From an uncultured Eubacteriales bacterium (GTDB lineage Bacteria > Bacillota > Clostridia > Oscillospirales > CAG-272): 64,000 nucleotides of DNA. Of the stretch, positions 38,137-47,003 are shown piece after piece. Below the pieces are notes generated by a model. That model was not told the origin of the DNA, searched no databases, and saw nothing but the letters and a program-made list of their open reading frames with translations. The first letter of the stretch is position 1. Each line of letters starts with the position of its first letter. The stretch lies in NCBI GenBank assembly GCA_934446365.1, contig CAKSDZ010000003.1, forward strand, positions 72,587 to 136,586. The letters are read 5' to 3'. The translations under genes and the position numbers were made by a program.

Positions 38137-38958
38137 TCAGTTTTCCGTGTTCCAAGCCGGAACGAAGAAGCCCTTGTATTTTTCTTCAAACAGGTTTTCC
38201 GTGACCTCCGAGCAGAAGACCTCGGCGATTCTCTTGTAGGTCGCGTTGTCCTTGTCTGCGGTCCGGCAGGCGATAAGGCAGGTGAAGCTGTCGTTTGTCA
38301 GGTCGAGATTTTCATAGAAGATTGCGGTATTCGGGTCTACACCGTAGCTTGCGGCGTAATTGCCGTTGACAACGGCGGCCGTTACGGTTTTATCGTCCAG
38401 GAATGTATATGTCAATGCAGCGTTTACCTCTTGCAACACGACCTTGCTTGTGACGATGTCCGAGGTGGTTGGGGTGTCGCCGGCATCCTCTTTGAGCGTA
38501 AGCAGCCCCGCATCCGCGAGCAGCAGCAGCGCTCTTCCGTAGTTTGTCGCATCGTTGGGAACGGCAATGACGTCGCCTTCTTTGATTTCATCCACGCTGG
38601 AGGTGGTTTTGGAGAACAGGTTCATGGAGATGACAAAGGTGGGAGCGAGTACGGTCAGGTCATAGCCGCGTGTGGAGAGCTCGTTGCGGAAATAAGCGTG
38701 ATGCTGGAAAGCGTTGAGATCGATATCCCCGCTGGAAAGCGCATTGTTCGGAATCGAAAAATCCGAATACTGAACGAGCTCTACGTTGATGCCTTCTTCT
38801 TTGAGCTTGGCGATGGCGGGTGCCCAGATGTCCTCATAAACCGCGCCTGTCACGCCGATTTTAACGGTATTGGTTTCCGTTTTTCCGCAGGAAGCGAAAA
38901 TGCCGCAAACAACTATGAGTGCGAGAAGTGCCGATGCCAGTCTGATAATGGTTTTCAT
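38137..38958 (-). CDS. metQ: MetQ/NlpA family methionine ABC transporter substrate-binding lipoprotein
   Basis: Lipobox FASC and NlpA-type sequence. Lies downstream of metN and metI. Confidence 0.85.
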   Translation of the reverse strand: MKTIIRLASALLALIVVCGIFASCGKTETNTVKIGVTGAVYEDIWAPAIAKLKEEGINVELVQYSDFSIPNNALSSGDIDLNAFQHHAYFRNELSTRGYDLTVLAPTFVISMNLFSKTTSSVDEIKEGDVIAVPNDATNYGRALLLLADAGLLTLKEDAGDTPTTSDIVTSKVVLQEVNAALTYTFLDDKTVTAAVVNGNYAASYGVDPNTAIFYENLDLTNDSFTCLIACRTADKDNATYKRIAEVFCSEVTENLFEEKYKGFFVPAWNTEN

Positions 38959-38993
38959 GATAAATTTCCTCTTTTCATTGAATGATAAAATTT

Positions 38994-39704
38994 TTAATGT
39001 GTATTTTTCTTTGCGATGAGAGTGCCTATGAGCTGAATGACGCAGACGATGACGATGATGGCGAGCACGGAGACGTAGATGATGTCATCCTTGCCGTAAT
39101 TGTGTCCCCAGGTGACGGCATAATCGCCGAGACCGCCGGCGCCGACCCAGCCGGCCATTGCCGTAAGCCCGATCAGGTTGATGACGGTGATCGTCGCGCC
39201 GCGTGCGATGGCGGCCGCGCCCTCTTTGAGATAAACACGGAAAATGATTTCGGTGGGTCCGCAGCCCATCGCTTTGGCCGCTTCCACGACGCCGCCGCCG
39301 ATGCCGGCGAGCGCCGACTCGACCTGTCTTGCAAAGAAGGGCGCCGAGCCTACGACAAGCGGAATGATCGCGCCTTTGACGCCGGAGCTTGTGCCCATGA
39401 TGGCGCCGGAAACATCGAAGAGCAGTACGATAAGAAGCACAAACGGGATGCTGCGCAGAATATTGATGAGCTTGTCGAGAATCTCATGCACCACCCGATT
39501 TTGCAGGATGCCGCCTTTTGCCGTTACGGTGAGAGCGACGCCGAGGATCATGCCGAGAATCAGCATCAGGGCGCCCGACCATGCCACCATGAGAAGGGTA
39601 TCGCGGATGGCATTGTAAAAACGCGTCGGATTGTCCGCGACGCCGGGCAGAAGCTTTGCGATCCAGCTTGTGTTTTCCGCTGTGAGAAGCATTGTTTGGA
39701 TCAT
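38994..39704 (-). CDS. metI: methionine ABC transporter permease
   Basis: Five TM spans; MetI-type EAA region (VEAAKAMG). Confidence 0.85.
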   Translation of the reverse strand: MIQTMLLTAENTSWIAKLLPGVADNPTRFYNAIRDTLLMVAWSGALMLILGMILGVALTVTAKGGILQNRVVHEILDKLINILRSIPFVLLIVLLFDVSGAIMGTSSGVKGAIIPLVVGSAPFFARQVESALAGIGGGVVEAAKAMGCGPTEIIFRVYLKEGAAAIARGATITVINLIGLTAMAGWVGAGGLGDYAVTWGHNYGKDDIIYVSVLAIIVIVCVIQLIGTLIAKKNTH

Positions 39705-39705
39705 C

Positions 39706-40716
39706 TTATATCACCCCCACCTTTACGCCGTTTTCGGACATATCGTTTATCGCTTTTTCGATTTTGCTTTCATCGCCCTCGGCACGCACGACGAGCGTGC
39801 CGAGCGTTCTGCCGTCGATCGTTTCGATGCTGCCGTTTATGATATTGAAATCGATCCCATAGTCCCTTGAAAGCCGGGATATAATCGCCTTGCCGGCGCT
39901 GTTATCGAGAAATTTGAGCTTCAATACCTTGCCGGGGAGCTGATGTTCCTTTTCCAGCGCTTCGCCGGAAACGGAGAGCCCTCCCGCCGTCAGGGCGAAG
40001 CTTCTCGTGACGTCGGCCTTGGGATTGGCAAAGATGTCATATACCTTTCCGCTTTCGGCCACCCGCCCGTTTTCCAGTACGGTGACGCTGTGGCAGATTT
40101 TTTTGATGACCTGCATTTCATGCGTGATGAGGACGATCGTGATGCCCAGCTCCGTATTGAGCTTTTTGAGAAGCTCGAGGATTTGCTCCGTCGTCTGCGG
40201 ATCCAGCGCGCTTGTCGCCTCGTCACAGAGCAGGATTTCCGGATCGCTTGCCAGCGCTCTTGCGATGGCGACGCGCTGCTTCTGTCCGCCGGAAAGCTCG
40301 GAGGGATAGGATTTCGCTTTGTCGGAAAGTCCTACGATTTCGAGCAGCCGCATCACCTTTTCCTGAATGGCGGTTTTGGCGATTTTCCGATATCGCAGAG
40401 GGAACGCAACATTGTCTTCCACCGTTCTTGTGGCGAATAAGTTGAACTGCTGAAAGATCATTCCGATTTTCCGCCGCTTTTCGCGCAGCGCCCGGCCGTG
40501 CAGCGTCGTGATGTCTTCGCCGCCGACGAGCACCTTGCCGGAATCGGGACGCTCCAAGAGGTTGATGCACCGCACCAATGTGGATTTGCCCGCGCCGGAA
40601 AACCCGATGATGCCGTAGATTTCTCCTTTTTCGATTTTCAGGCTCACGTTATCCGCCGCGAGAACCTTTCCGTGATCGGTTTCAAAAGCCTTTGTGACGC
40701 CAATCAGTTCTATCAT
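39706..40716 (-). CDS. metN: methionine ABC transporter ATP-binding protein
   Basis: Walker A GFSGAGKST, signature LSGGQKQR, Walker B LLCDEATSALD, and a C-terminal NIL domain. ATG 40716 chosen. Confidence 0.9.
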   Translation of the reverse strand: MIELIGVTKAFETDHGKVLAADNVSLKIEKGEIYGIIGFSGAGKSTLVRCINLLERPDSGKVLVGGEDITTLHGRALREKRRKIGMIFQQFNLFATRTVEDNVAFPLRYRKIAKTAIQEKVMRLLEIVGLSDKAKSYPSELSGGQKQRVAIARALASDPEILLCDEATSALDPQTTEQILELLKKLNTELGITIVLITHEMQVIKKICHSVTVLENGRVAESGKVYDIFANPKADVTRSFALTAGGLSVSGEALEKEHQLPGKVLKLKFLDNSAGKAIISRLSRDYGIDFNIINGSIETIDGRTLGTLVVRAEGDESKIEKAINDMSENGVKVGVI

Positions 40717-41006
40717 ATGTATTGATTTCCACCCTTCTTCTGCGGACGCCGTGCCGCAGTGTAGTCTGCCTTCCGGTGATTCGGCAATAAAAAAACCGGA
40801 AGGTAAAAAATACCTCCCGGACAATCAGCTCATGCCGGCGTTTATGAATATGCCCGAAACCCGAATGCTCAAACGGATTTACTGCCAAAAAGGCATGCAC
40901 AAAACACCCGCACTGTATTTGTCCGGGAGCAAAGCATTCGCATAGTCGCGGCTTGAATCTGATTCTGCTTCATTTGTGACAGCCCTCTTTCATAAGATTT
41001 TTGTAC
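40717..41006 (-). promoter_or_regulatory. ~290-nt structured leader of the met operon with terminator/antiterminator (class unassigned)
   Basis: Promoter is TTGACA (complement of 41030-41035), 17-bp spacer, TGGTATAGT (TATAGT = complement of 41007-41012). The terminator is CCGGGAGGTA..TACCTTCCGG plus U7 (40789-40820). Its 5-prime arm can instead pair with CTCCCGGACAA ~95 nt upstream (complement of 40919-40929). Confidence 0.55.
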
Positions 41007-41223
41007 ACTATACCACTCCGGATTCATTTTGTCAAGGGGTTTTTGAAAATTATTTTGAAATATGTGATTTTTTCGGGAATTGGGTGTATCCTATAAAAAA
41101 CATTGAGAAAAAGAAAACCGAATCCGAAAAAGAAGCACTATATGGACGAGAGGACAGAAAGGCACGCAAGAATAATCGGCACGATGATTACGGTGAACCG
41201 GGAAAAATAAAGGCGAATATAGA

Positions 41224-41252
41224 TTGACAAAACGGCGGTGCTGTGATAAGAT
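41224..41252 (+). promoter_or_regulatory. sigma-70 promoter of structured RNA copy B
   Basis: TTGACA (41224-41229), 17-bp spacer, TGATAAGAT (41244-41252). Same GATTGACAAAA / TGTGATA context as at 7357. Confidence 0.45.
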
Positions 41253-41257
41253 AAGCA

Positions 41258-41343
41258 AAAGCGGAATTGCTTTTGGCAATTCGGATTTCCGCGCCCGCCA
41301 CAGCGGGCGCGGAAATCCCCTCACGGGGTACTCTTTTTGTTTT
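41258..41343 (+). ncRNA. structured small RNA/leader, copy B (same motif as 7393-7497)
   Basis: Hairpin 1 is GAATTGC-TTTTG-GCAATTC (41264-41282). It is followed by a perfect 16-bp hairpin GGATTTCCGCGCCCGC-CACA-GCGGGCGCGGAAATCC (41283-41318). Then come CCCCTCACGGGGTAC (41317-41331) and a T-run. A second promoter, TTGACA-17-TAGAAT (41374-41402), follows. Confidence 0.4.
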
Positions 41344-41452
41344 CGCTGTTGACGGAGGCAATCGGCATCCCAATTGACAAACATACGCACGTATGATAGA
41401 ATGGGGCGGGAAAAATATCCGGTGGGAGGATTCAATCAAAACGGAGGCTATC

Positions 41453-42229
41453 ATGGGAGAAATTCTGACGGTAAAGGAGCTTACCAAAACATTCAAATTA
41501 TCGTCCAAGCAGCAGAGGCTCGAAAAGACCGGCGCCAAGGTGAAAACGGCGGTCGACCGACTGTCCTTTTCGGTGAACGAGGGCGAAATCTTCGGCCTGC
41601 TCGGTCCGAACGGCGCCGGCAAAACGACGACGCTCCGGATGCTGGCGACGCTGATAAAACCCGATTCCGGAACGGCAGAGGTATTGGGACATGACATCGT
41701 GCGCGATCCGGACGCGGTGCGCCGCAGCGTCGGCTTTTTGACGGGAGAGCTGAAGCTGGAGGATTATTTTACGCCGAATTATCTGTTCGATTTCTTTTCG
41801 GAGCTGCACGGGGTGCCTGCGCAGGTGCGCGACGCCCGCAAAAAGGAGCTTTTCGACCGATTCGGCATCGGGGAGTTCGCCGAGGTCAAGGTGGGCAATC
41901 TTTCGACGGGCATGAAGCAGAAAGCTTCTATTGTCATCTCCATCGTGCATGATCCCGCCATTATCATTTTCGACGAGCCGACCAACGGACTCGACGTTTT
42001 GACGGCGAGGGTCGTGACGGATTTTCTCGCGGCATTAAAGGAACAGGGAAAGACGGTGATCGTATCGACGCATATTTTCAGCCTGATCGAGAAGGTCTGC
42101 GACCGTGTTGGCATCATCGTGGACGGAAAAATGGCGGTGTGCGGCACACTTGCGGACGTCTGCGGCGAAAAGACGCTCGAGGACAGCTTCTTTGACATTT
42201 ATGCGGAAAGGATGGGCGAGCGCGTATGA
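41453..42229 (+). CDS. ABC transporter ATP-binding protein (ABC-2/NatA-like exporter)
   Basis: Walker A GPNGAGKTT, signature LSTGMKQK, Walker B IIFDEPTNGLD. ATG 41453 follows GGAGG. Confidence 0.9.
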   Translation: MGEILTVKELTKTFKLSSKQQRLEKTGAKVKTAVDRLSFSVNEGEIFGLLGPNGAGKTTTLRMLATLIKPDSGTAEVLGHDIVRDPDAVRRSVGFLTGELKLEDYFTPNYLFDFFSELHGVPAQVRDARKKELFDRFGIGEFAEVKVGNLSTGMKQKASIVISIVHDPAIIIFDEPTNGLDVLTARVVTDFLAALKEQGKTVIVSTHIFSLIEKVCDRVGIIVDGKMAVCGTLADVCGEKTLEDSFFDIYAERMGERV

Positions 42230-43401
42230 AAAGCGGGATTCTCACGATTATGAAAAAAGAGCTTACCCGCTTTTTTACGGATAAGCGTTTGGTATTTACG
42301 ACCATTCTCATGCCCGGTATCCTGATTTATCTGATGTATACCTTTATGGGTACCGCCATTACCAGCATGTACGGTCCGAGTGAGGAGATGACGGAGGTCG
42401 CGGTCGTGAATCTGCCCGATTCGATTGCGTCCGTCCCGACAGGGGATTCGATGAAATTCGTGTCTGTGGACGCATCGGAGATCGAGTCGCTCAAAAAGGC
42501 GGTTGAGAATGCGGAAAAGGACATTCTCGTTGTTTTCCCGTCGGATTTCGATGAGCAGGTGGCGGCCTATCGAACGGATTCCGGCGCCGCGGCGCCGAAT
42601 GTGGAGATTTATTTCAATTCCTCTACGACCGATTCTCAGAATGCGTACCGCATGATGGCGGCACTCCTTGACGGTTATGAATCCTTGCTTGCCAATAAAT
42701 TCGATATCAATGCGGGCGACGGCGTCTATGATCTTGCGACGGTGGAGGATACGGCGTCCTCGTTCTTCGCCTCGATGCTGCCGCTGCTTCTGATGATTTT
42801 CCTTTTCTCCGGCTGTATGGCGGTGGCGCCGGAATCCATCGCGGGAGAAAAGGAGCGCGGCACGATTACGACGATTCTCATCACACCGATCCGCCGCGGA
42901 GAGCTTGCCATCGGAAAGATCGCGGCGCTGGCGATTGTCGCGCTTTTGTCCGGCATATCGAGTGCGCTCGGCACGATTCTGTCTCTGCCGAAGCTGATAG
43001 GAGGTGCCGGGCTTGTCGATGCGAGCATTTACGGCATGAAAGAATACCTGATGCTGCTTGTGCTGATTCTTTCGACGGTGCTCCTCATCATTACGGCGAT
43101 TTCAATCATTTCCGCATTTGCGAAAACGGTCAAGGAGGCGCAGGGCTATGTGACGCCGATGATGATTCTCGTTATGGCGGTCGGCATCACGGCGATGTTC
43201 GGAGCCGCGGCGCCGGAAAATCCTCTTCTTTATCTGATTCCGTTCTATAACACGGTGCAGTGTATGGCGGCGGTGTTCTCATTTGAGGCGGTGACGGCAA
43301 ATCTTCTCGTCTGCCTCATTTCCAATGCGGTTTATACGGCTCTCGGCGTGTTTGCGCTTGCCAAGATGTTTAACAGCGAAAAAATTATTTTTTCAAAATA
43401 A
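42226..43401 (+). CDS. ABC-2 family transporter permease (NatB-like)
   Basis: N-terminal TM span, ~150-aa external loop, then five further TM spans. Start overlaps the ATPase stop. Confidence 0.8.
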   Translation: MKSGILTIMKKELTRFFTDKRLVFTTILMPGILIYLMYTFMGTAITSMYGPSEEMTEVAVVNLPDSIASVPTGDSMKFVSVDASEIESLKKAVENAEKDILVVFPSDFDEQVAAYRTDSGAAAPNVEIYFNSSTTDSQNAYRMMAALLDGYESLLANKFDINAGDGVYDLATVEDTASSFFASMLPLLLMIFLFSGCMAVAPESIAGEKERGTITTILITPIRRGELAIGKIAALAIVALLSGISSALGTILSLPKLIGGAGLVDASIYGMKEYLMLLVLILSTVLLIITAISIISAFAKTVKEAQGYVTPMMILVMAVGITAMFGAAAPENPLLYLIPFYNTVQCMAAVFSFEAVTANLLVCLISNAVYTALGVFALAKMFNSEKIIFSK

Positions 43402-43428
43402 ACTCTAAAAAACGAAAGGAATCAACCA

Positions 43429-43944
43429 ATGGAAATCATCAAATCCTATGTGCAGCAGGTTCCGGCAACCCGTTTTATCGGAAAGAAATACGGCGACGCC
43501 GATCGGGTGGGCGGAGGCTTCGGAAAGCAGTGGGACGAGTGGAATGGAAATGGACTGTTCGCCCCGATTGACAGCGCTGCGGGAGACGTTTCCGCACTGT
43601 TTGAGGATGCGGACGCGACGATAGGTCTCATGCGCTGGAAGAAGGATGAGCCGTTTGAATACCGGATCGGCAAGTTCACGCCTTGTGATACGGCCGTGCC
43701 GGAAGGCTATGGTTTTGTGGATTTTCCGGCGGCAAAGCTCGGCGTATGCTGGCTTTACGGCGAGCTCGACACGCTTTTTTTCAAAGAGCATCTCGCCGAA
43801 AAACGCCTGCGTGAGCAAGGATATCGGTACATCGGCGATGAAAAAGGCGCTTTTTGGTTTTTCGAGCGGTATGCCCTGCCGCGCTCCACGGTGCCGGACG
43901 AAAAGGGAAATGTCGTGCTCGATATTGTGTTTTTTGTAGAATAG
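43429..43944 (+). CDS. GyrI-like/effector-binding-domain-like small protein (tentative)
   Basis: 171 aa. The call rests on the N-terminal pattern (V..VPATRFIGKKY) and overall size only. Confidence 0.35.
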   Translation: MEIIKSYVQQVPATRFIGKKYGDADRVGGGFGKQWDEWNGNGLFAPIDSAAGDVSALFEDADATIGLMRWKKDEPFEYRIGKFTPCDTAVPEGYGFVDFPAAKLGVCWLYGELDTLFFKEHLAEKRLREQGYRYIGDEKGAFWFFERYALPRSTVPDEKGNVVLDIVFFVE

Positions 43945-44112
43945 ACGGAGTCCCGCCCCGAGGCGGGGCTTTTTCTTTTCGTAAAAGGGAAAGATCTCGC
44001 CGTTTTTTTCTCACATTTATTCCTTTGCGACATACCATATAGCGAGGAGGAAGTTTGAAACGAAAGCTTTTCTCCAACAAATCAATTTGATTATTTCGGA
44101 GGGAAAATTTTT

Positions 44113-44967
44113 ATGCCAGATATCAGAAATACTTCGCCGACATGCGGCGGACAGGGCCGTGATTCGGTATATATAGATACAAATAGGATTCTCGACAGCT
44201 GCCGTGATAAGGACTGCTATGAGGACGTCGTCGTTTATCTTTCGGATGCGGGAAGCGATCTTCTCGAAAGAAGCGGAAGCGTTCGCACGAAGTGCGCCAA
44301 GGTGATTTGCGCGAACATACATGTGGATTCCGTACCGTTCAACCGCGGTTTTTATCAGATCAGCATCACGATGTATATCAAGATCGTATGCGAGGTCTGC
44401 GCCTGCATGGGCAGACCGCAGGAGGTCGAAGGAATCGCCGTCGTAGAGAAAAAGGTCATCCTTTACGGCAGCGAGGGCAACGTCAATATCTTTAAGAGCG
44501 AACCCGGATCGCAGAACTTCTGCGGCTGCGCAAACGCGGAACAGCCCGGAACGAATCTGCCGATCGCCGTTTTCGAGGTCGCCGATCCGATCGTTCTCAA
44601 TACCAAAATCGTGGAAGCGTGCGAATGCCATAATTGCCATTCGTGCCTTTCCGCTTCCGATCTGCCGGAATCCGTATGCAGCTGCATAAACGGCAGAATC
44701 AACTGTGAGCCGGCAGGCAAGGTCCTGACCGTTTCGCTCGGCTTCTTCTCCGTCGTGAGAATCGAGCGCCCCGCTCAGTATCTTGTCTACGGCACCGAAT
44801 ACACGGTTCCCGAAAAGGAATGTGTATCCCCGGCGACCGACGATCCGTGCAAGATGTTCAAGCACATGGCGTTCCCGATCAACGAGTTCTATCCGCCGTC
44901 TCTTTGCGACGTGAAGGGCTCCGAGACCGACGGGATGACCGGCGGCTGCGGCTGCGGCAAACGCTGA
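44113..44967 (+). CDS. cysteine-rich hypothetical protein (284 aa, no signal peptide)
   Basis: More than 20 Cys, including CEVCAC, CGC, CECHNCHSC, CSC and a GGCGCGKR tail. Its 3-prime 123 nt are duplicated at 47004. Confidence 0.6.
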   Translation: MPDIRNTSPTCGGQGRDSVYIDTNRILDSCRDKDCYEDVVVYLSDAGSDLLERSGSVRTKCAKVICANIHVDSVPFNRGFYQISITMYIKIVCEVCACMGRPQEVEGIAVVEKKVILYGSEGNVNIFKSEPGSQNFCGCANAEQPGTNLPIAVFEVADPIVLNTKIVEACECHNCHSCLSASDLPESVCSCINGRINCEPAGKVLTVSLGFFSVVRIERPAQYLVYGTEYTVPEKECVSPATDDPCKMFKHMAFPINEFYPPSLCDVKGSETDGMTGGCGCGKR

Positions 44968-45210
44968 TCAGTCAAGATAAATCTGAAAAAATGCCCCTTC
45001 GATGAGAGGGGCATTTTTTGATGCTGTGTCCCCGAGATGGAATCGATAGCAGATGTTTGTTAAATTTATGAAATTATTATTGACACGAATGATTATTTGT
45101 GTTATTATTGACTTAGAAAGGGCGATACCGATGCAGATAGGATAAAAATCTAAAATCAGACAAAATTTAACAAAAATCTGTTATAGGAAATGGAGGAAAT
45201 TATGAGAAAG
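44845..45210 (+). repeat. direct repeat copy 1 (3-prime end of Cys-rich gene, terminator, promoter, RBS and ATGAGAAAG)
   Basis: About 94% identical to 47004-47363. Contains the terminator at 44986-45019 and a TTGACA-17-TATTAT promoter at 45081-45109. Confidence 0.9.
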
Positions 45211-46584
45211 AAATTTTCAACAATGGTTATTGCTCTTTTGGCTTTTTCGTTATTAACAACAAATCTGTTTGCGATGCAAAATAAAATGGTGAGTTATGGA
45301 GATACATTTACAGATTTATTGGATCAAGATATATCGACAAGAGCTATTGGGCTTGTCTCAGGCGAACAGTATTATATTCAAAGTGCATATGCGGGAAGAT
45401 TTGTGGATGTGGATAATAATGCTGGATCACCGTATACGAATAGTAAGTTAGAGCAGTGGGATTTGGACACCAAGGAAACCAAAAAGTGGGAATTTATTAG
45501 TACGGGAGATGGTTATTTTAAAATAAAAAGTAGTTTGAAAGATGGATCTACTGAATTATATATGTCAGTAAAAAATAACTCATCTGCTAATGATACGGAT
45601 ATCATTTTGGCTCCTTATACAGCCGGAGACGGTCAAAAATGGAAGATTGGACTGGTAGAAGGAGACAGAGTGAAAATAATCCCTAAATGCGGAGAAAATG
45701 TGAATCGAGTTTTACGAGTAAATAATTCTCTTTGGGAACAAAATGGCTTAGATATAAAACTCTATAATTATACGGATGATAGTAATTATAAAGACGAATG
45801 GATACTTATCCGCACAATGCCGTTATCAGGTTATGAATTACCATATAATCCTTCTCTTTGGGAAGGCGTTGTCAAAGATACCAATAATTGTTATGCTTAT
45901 ATTCTTAATAATCAAGTATATCCGGGGACAACTTCCGCTTGGTTTAAGCAGCAGCCGGGACGGTATGCCGGATTAACATTGACACAGAGTCAAATACAAG
46001 GGAATGGTCAAAACATCCTCTATAATGTTTTAGAGGATTTTGAAGCATATAATGAGAATTTTGGTACAAATCTTGTATTTAATCAAATTGGACGATTTGA
46101 AAAATGTCCGCCTGGCTCATATAAGGTTGCTTTGGTAGTAAATCCTGGTGTTGATTATCATTGGTATAGACAGGATGCAGATGGATTTTGGTCTCATAAA
46201 CAGGGAACTACTGCTGTTAAAAGAACGGATGGTTCTAATCAATTGATTATCGATCCTATATTGGCTGATCGTGGTGATTATACTTCTTTCGTTGCATATT
46301 TTAAAGTCACGCCGTGGAACAATTATTATACGTCAGGGGGAATTGTTACATATAGTATTGAGGACGCTTTTGTCAACAAGATTGATAGAAATTCGTTGAA
46401 TCTTATTACTATAGGTATGTCATACAGTGAGGTAACTGCTATTTTAGGTTCATGTGGCGTGGATGCCGAATTTGGTATAGCGGCATTTCAATATGAGACT
46501 ACAGACGGCGATATATTTTATATTAGTTACATTGAAAATGAAAATCACGAGCTTATCGTTGCTGAAATATATCAGAAGGAGTAA
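45202..46584 (+). CDS. secreted ricin-B-lectin (beta-trefoil) domain protein with putative Cys/His peptidase-amidase domain
   Basis: Signal peptide; QxW motifs (EQWDL, QKWKI, DEWIL). Candidate catalytic Cys (TNNCYAY) and His (DYHWYRQD..WSHKQG). C-terminal GMSYSEVTAILG small domain. ATG 45202 lies 5 nt after GGAGG. Confidence 0.7.
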   Translation: MRKKFSTMVIALLAFSLLTTNLFAMQNKMVSYGDTFTDLLDQDISTRAIGLVSGEQYYIQSAYAGRFVDVDNNAGSPYTNSKLEQWDLDTKETKKWEFISTGDGYFKIKSSLKDGSTELYMSVKNNSSANDTDIILAPYTAGDGQKWKIGLVEGDRVKIIPKCGENVNRVLRVNNSLWEQNGLDIKLYNYTDDSNYKDEWILIRTMPLSGYELPYNPSLWEGVVKDTNNCYAYILNNQVYPGTTSAWFKQQPGRYAGLTLTQSQIQGNGQNILYNVLEDFEAYNENFGTNLVFNQIGRFEKCPPGSYKVALVVNPGVDYHWYRQDADGFWSHKQGTTAVKRTDGSNQLIIDPILADRGDYTSFVAYFKVTPWNNYYTSGGIVTYSIEDAFVNKIDRNSLNLITIGMSYSEVTAILGSCGVDAEFGIAAFQYETTDGDIFYISYIENENHELIVAEIYQKE

Positions 46585-46590
46585 TGCGTT

Positions 46591-46947
46591 ATGTCAAAGA
46601 AAAATCATGTGTTGCTTTGGGTTGTTTTATGCGCGTTTTTCTTTAATATGGTAATGCTGTCTTCCTGTGGAAAACAAGATCTTCCTTATGATGAAAGGAA
46701 GCTTAATACTTATATTGAACCGAATAAAAAAGAACTGCCAACACCGGAGGAATTTTCTGATGTGAAAGAGGGAATGACCTTTACGGAGGTAGTGGAGCTT
46801 GTCGGACGTCCCCAACGAGAGATTGGTTCCGGAGCGGTTATTTATGAATTTGATTTGTCGGACGGTTCTACGTATGCGGTTTACTTTATTACCGACCAAG
46901 AACATCGGTATGTTGTAAGTGGTATTATGAAACCGACGAATAAATGA
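46591..46947 (+). CDS. small lipoprotein (118 aa)
   Basis: Lipobox LSSC. The GMTFTEVVELVG segment resembles the C-terminal domain of the preceding protein. Confidence 0.65.
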   Translation: MSKKNHVLLWVVLCAFFFNMVMLSSCGKQDLPYDERKLNTYIEPNKKELPTPEEFSDVKEGMTFTEVVELVGRPQREIGSGAVIYEFDLSDGSTYAVYFITDQEHRYVVSGIMKPTNK

Positions 46948-47003
46948 AGGAGGAACGATTTTTATCGTTCCTCTTTCGTTTGCATATTCAAATTATATAA
47001 TGA

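Noticed and set aside
40717-41006. Calling the met leader a SAM-I (S-box) riboswitch or a Met T-box.
   Set aside because: Only the first ~15 nt resemble the SAM-I 5-prime end. The conserved SAM-I core and the T-box 14-mer were not found, so it is reported as an unclassified leader.
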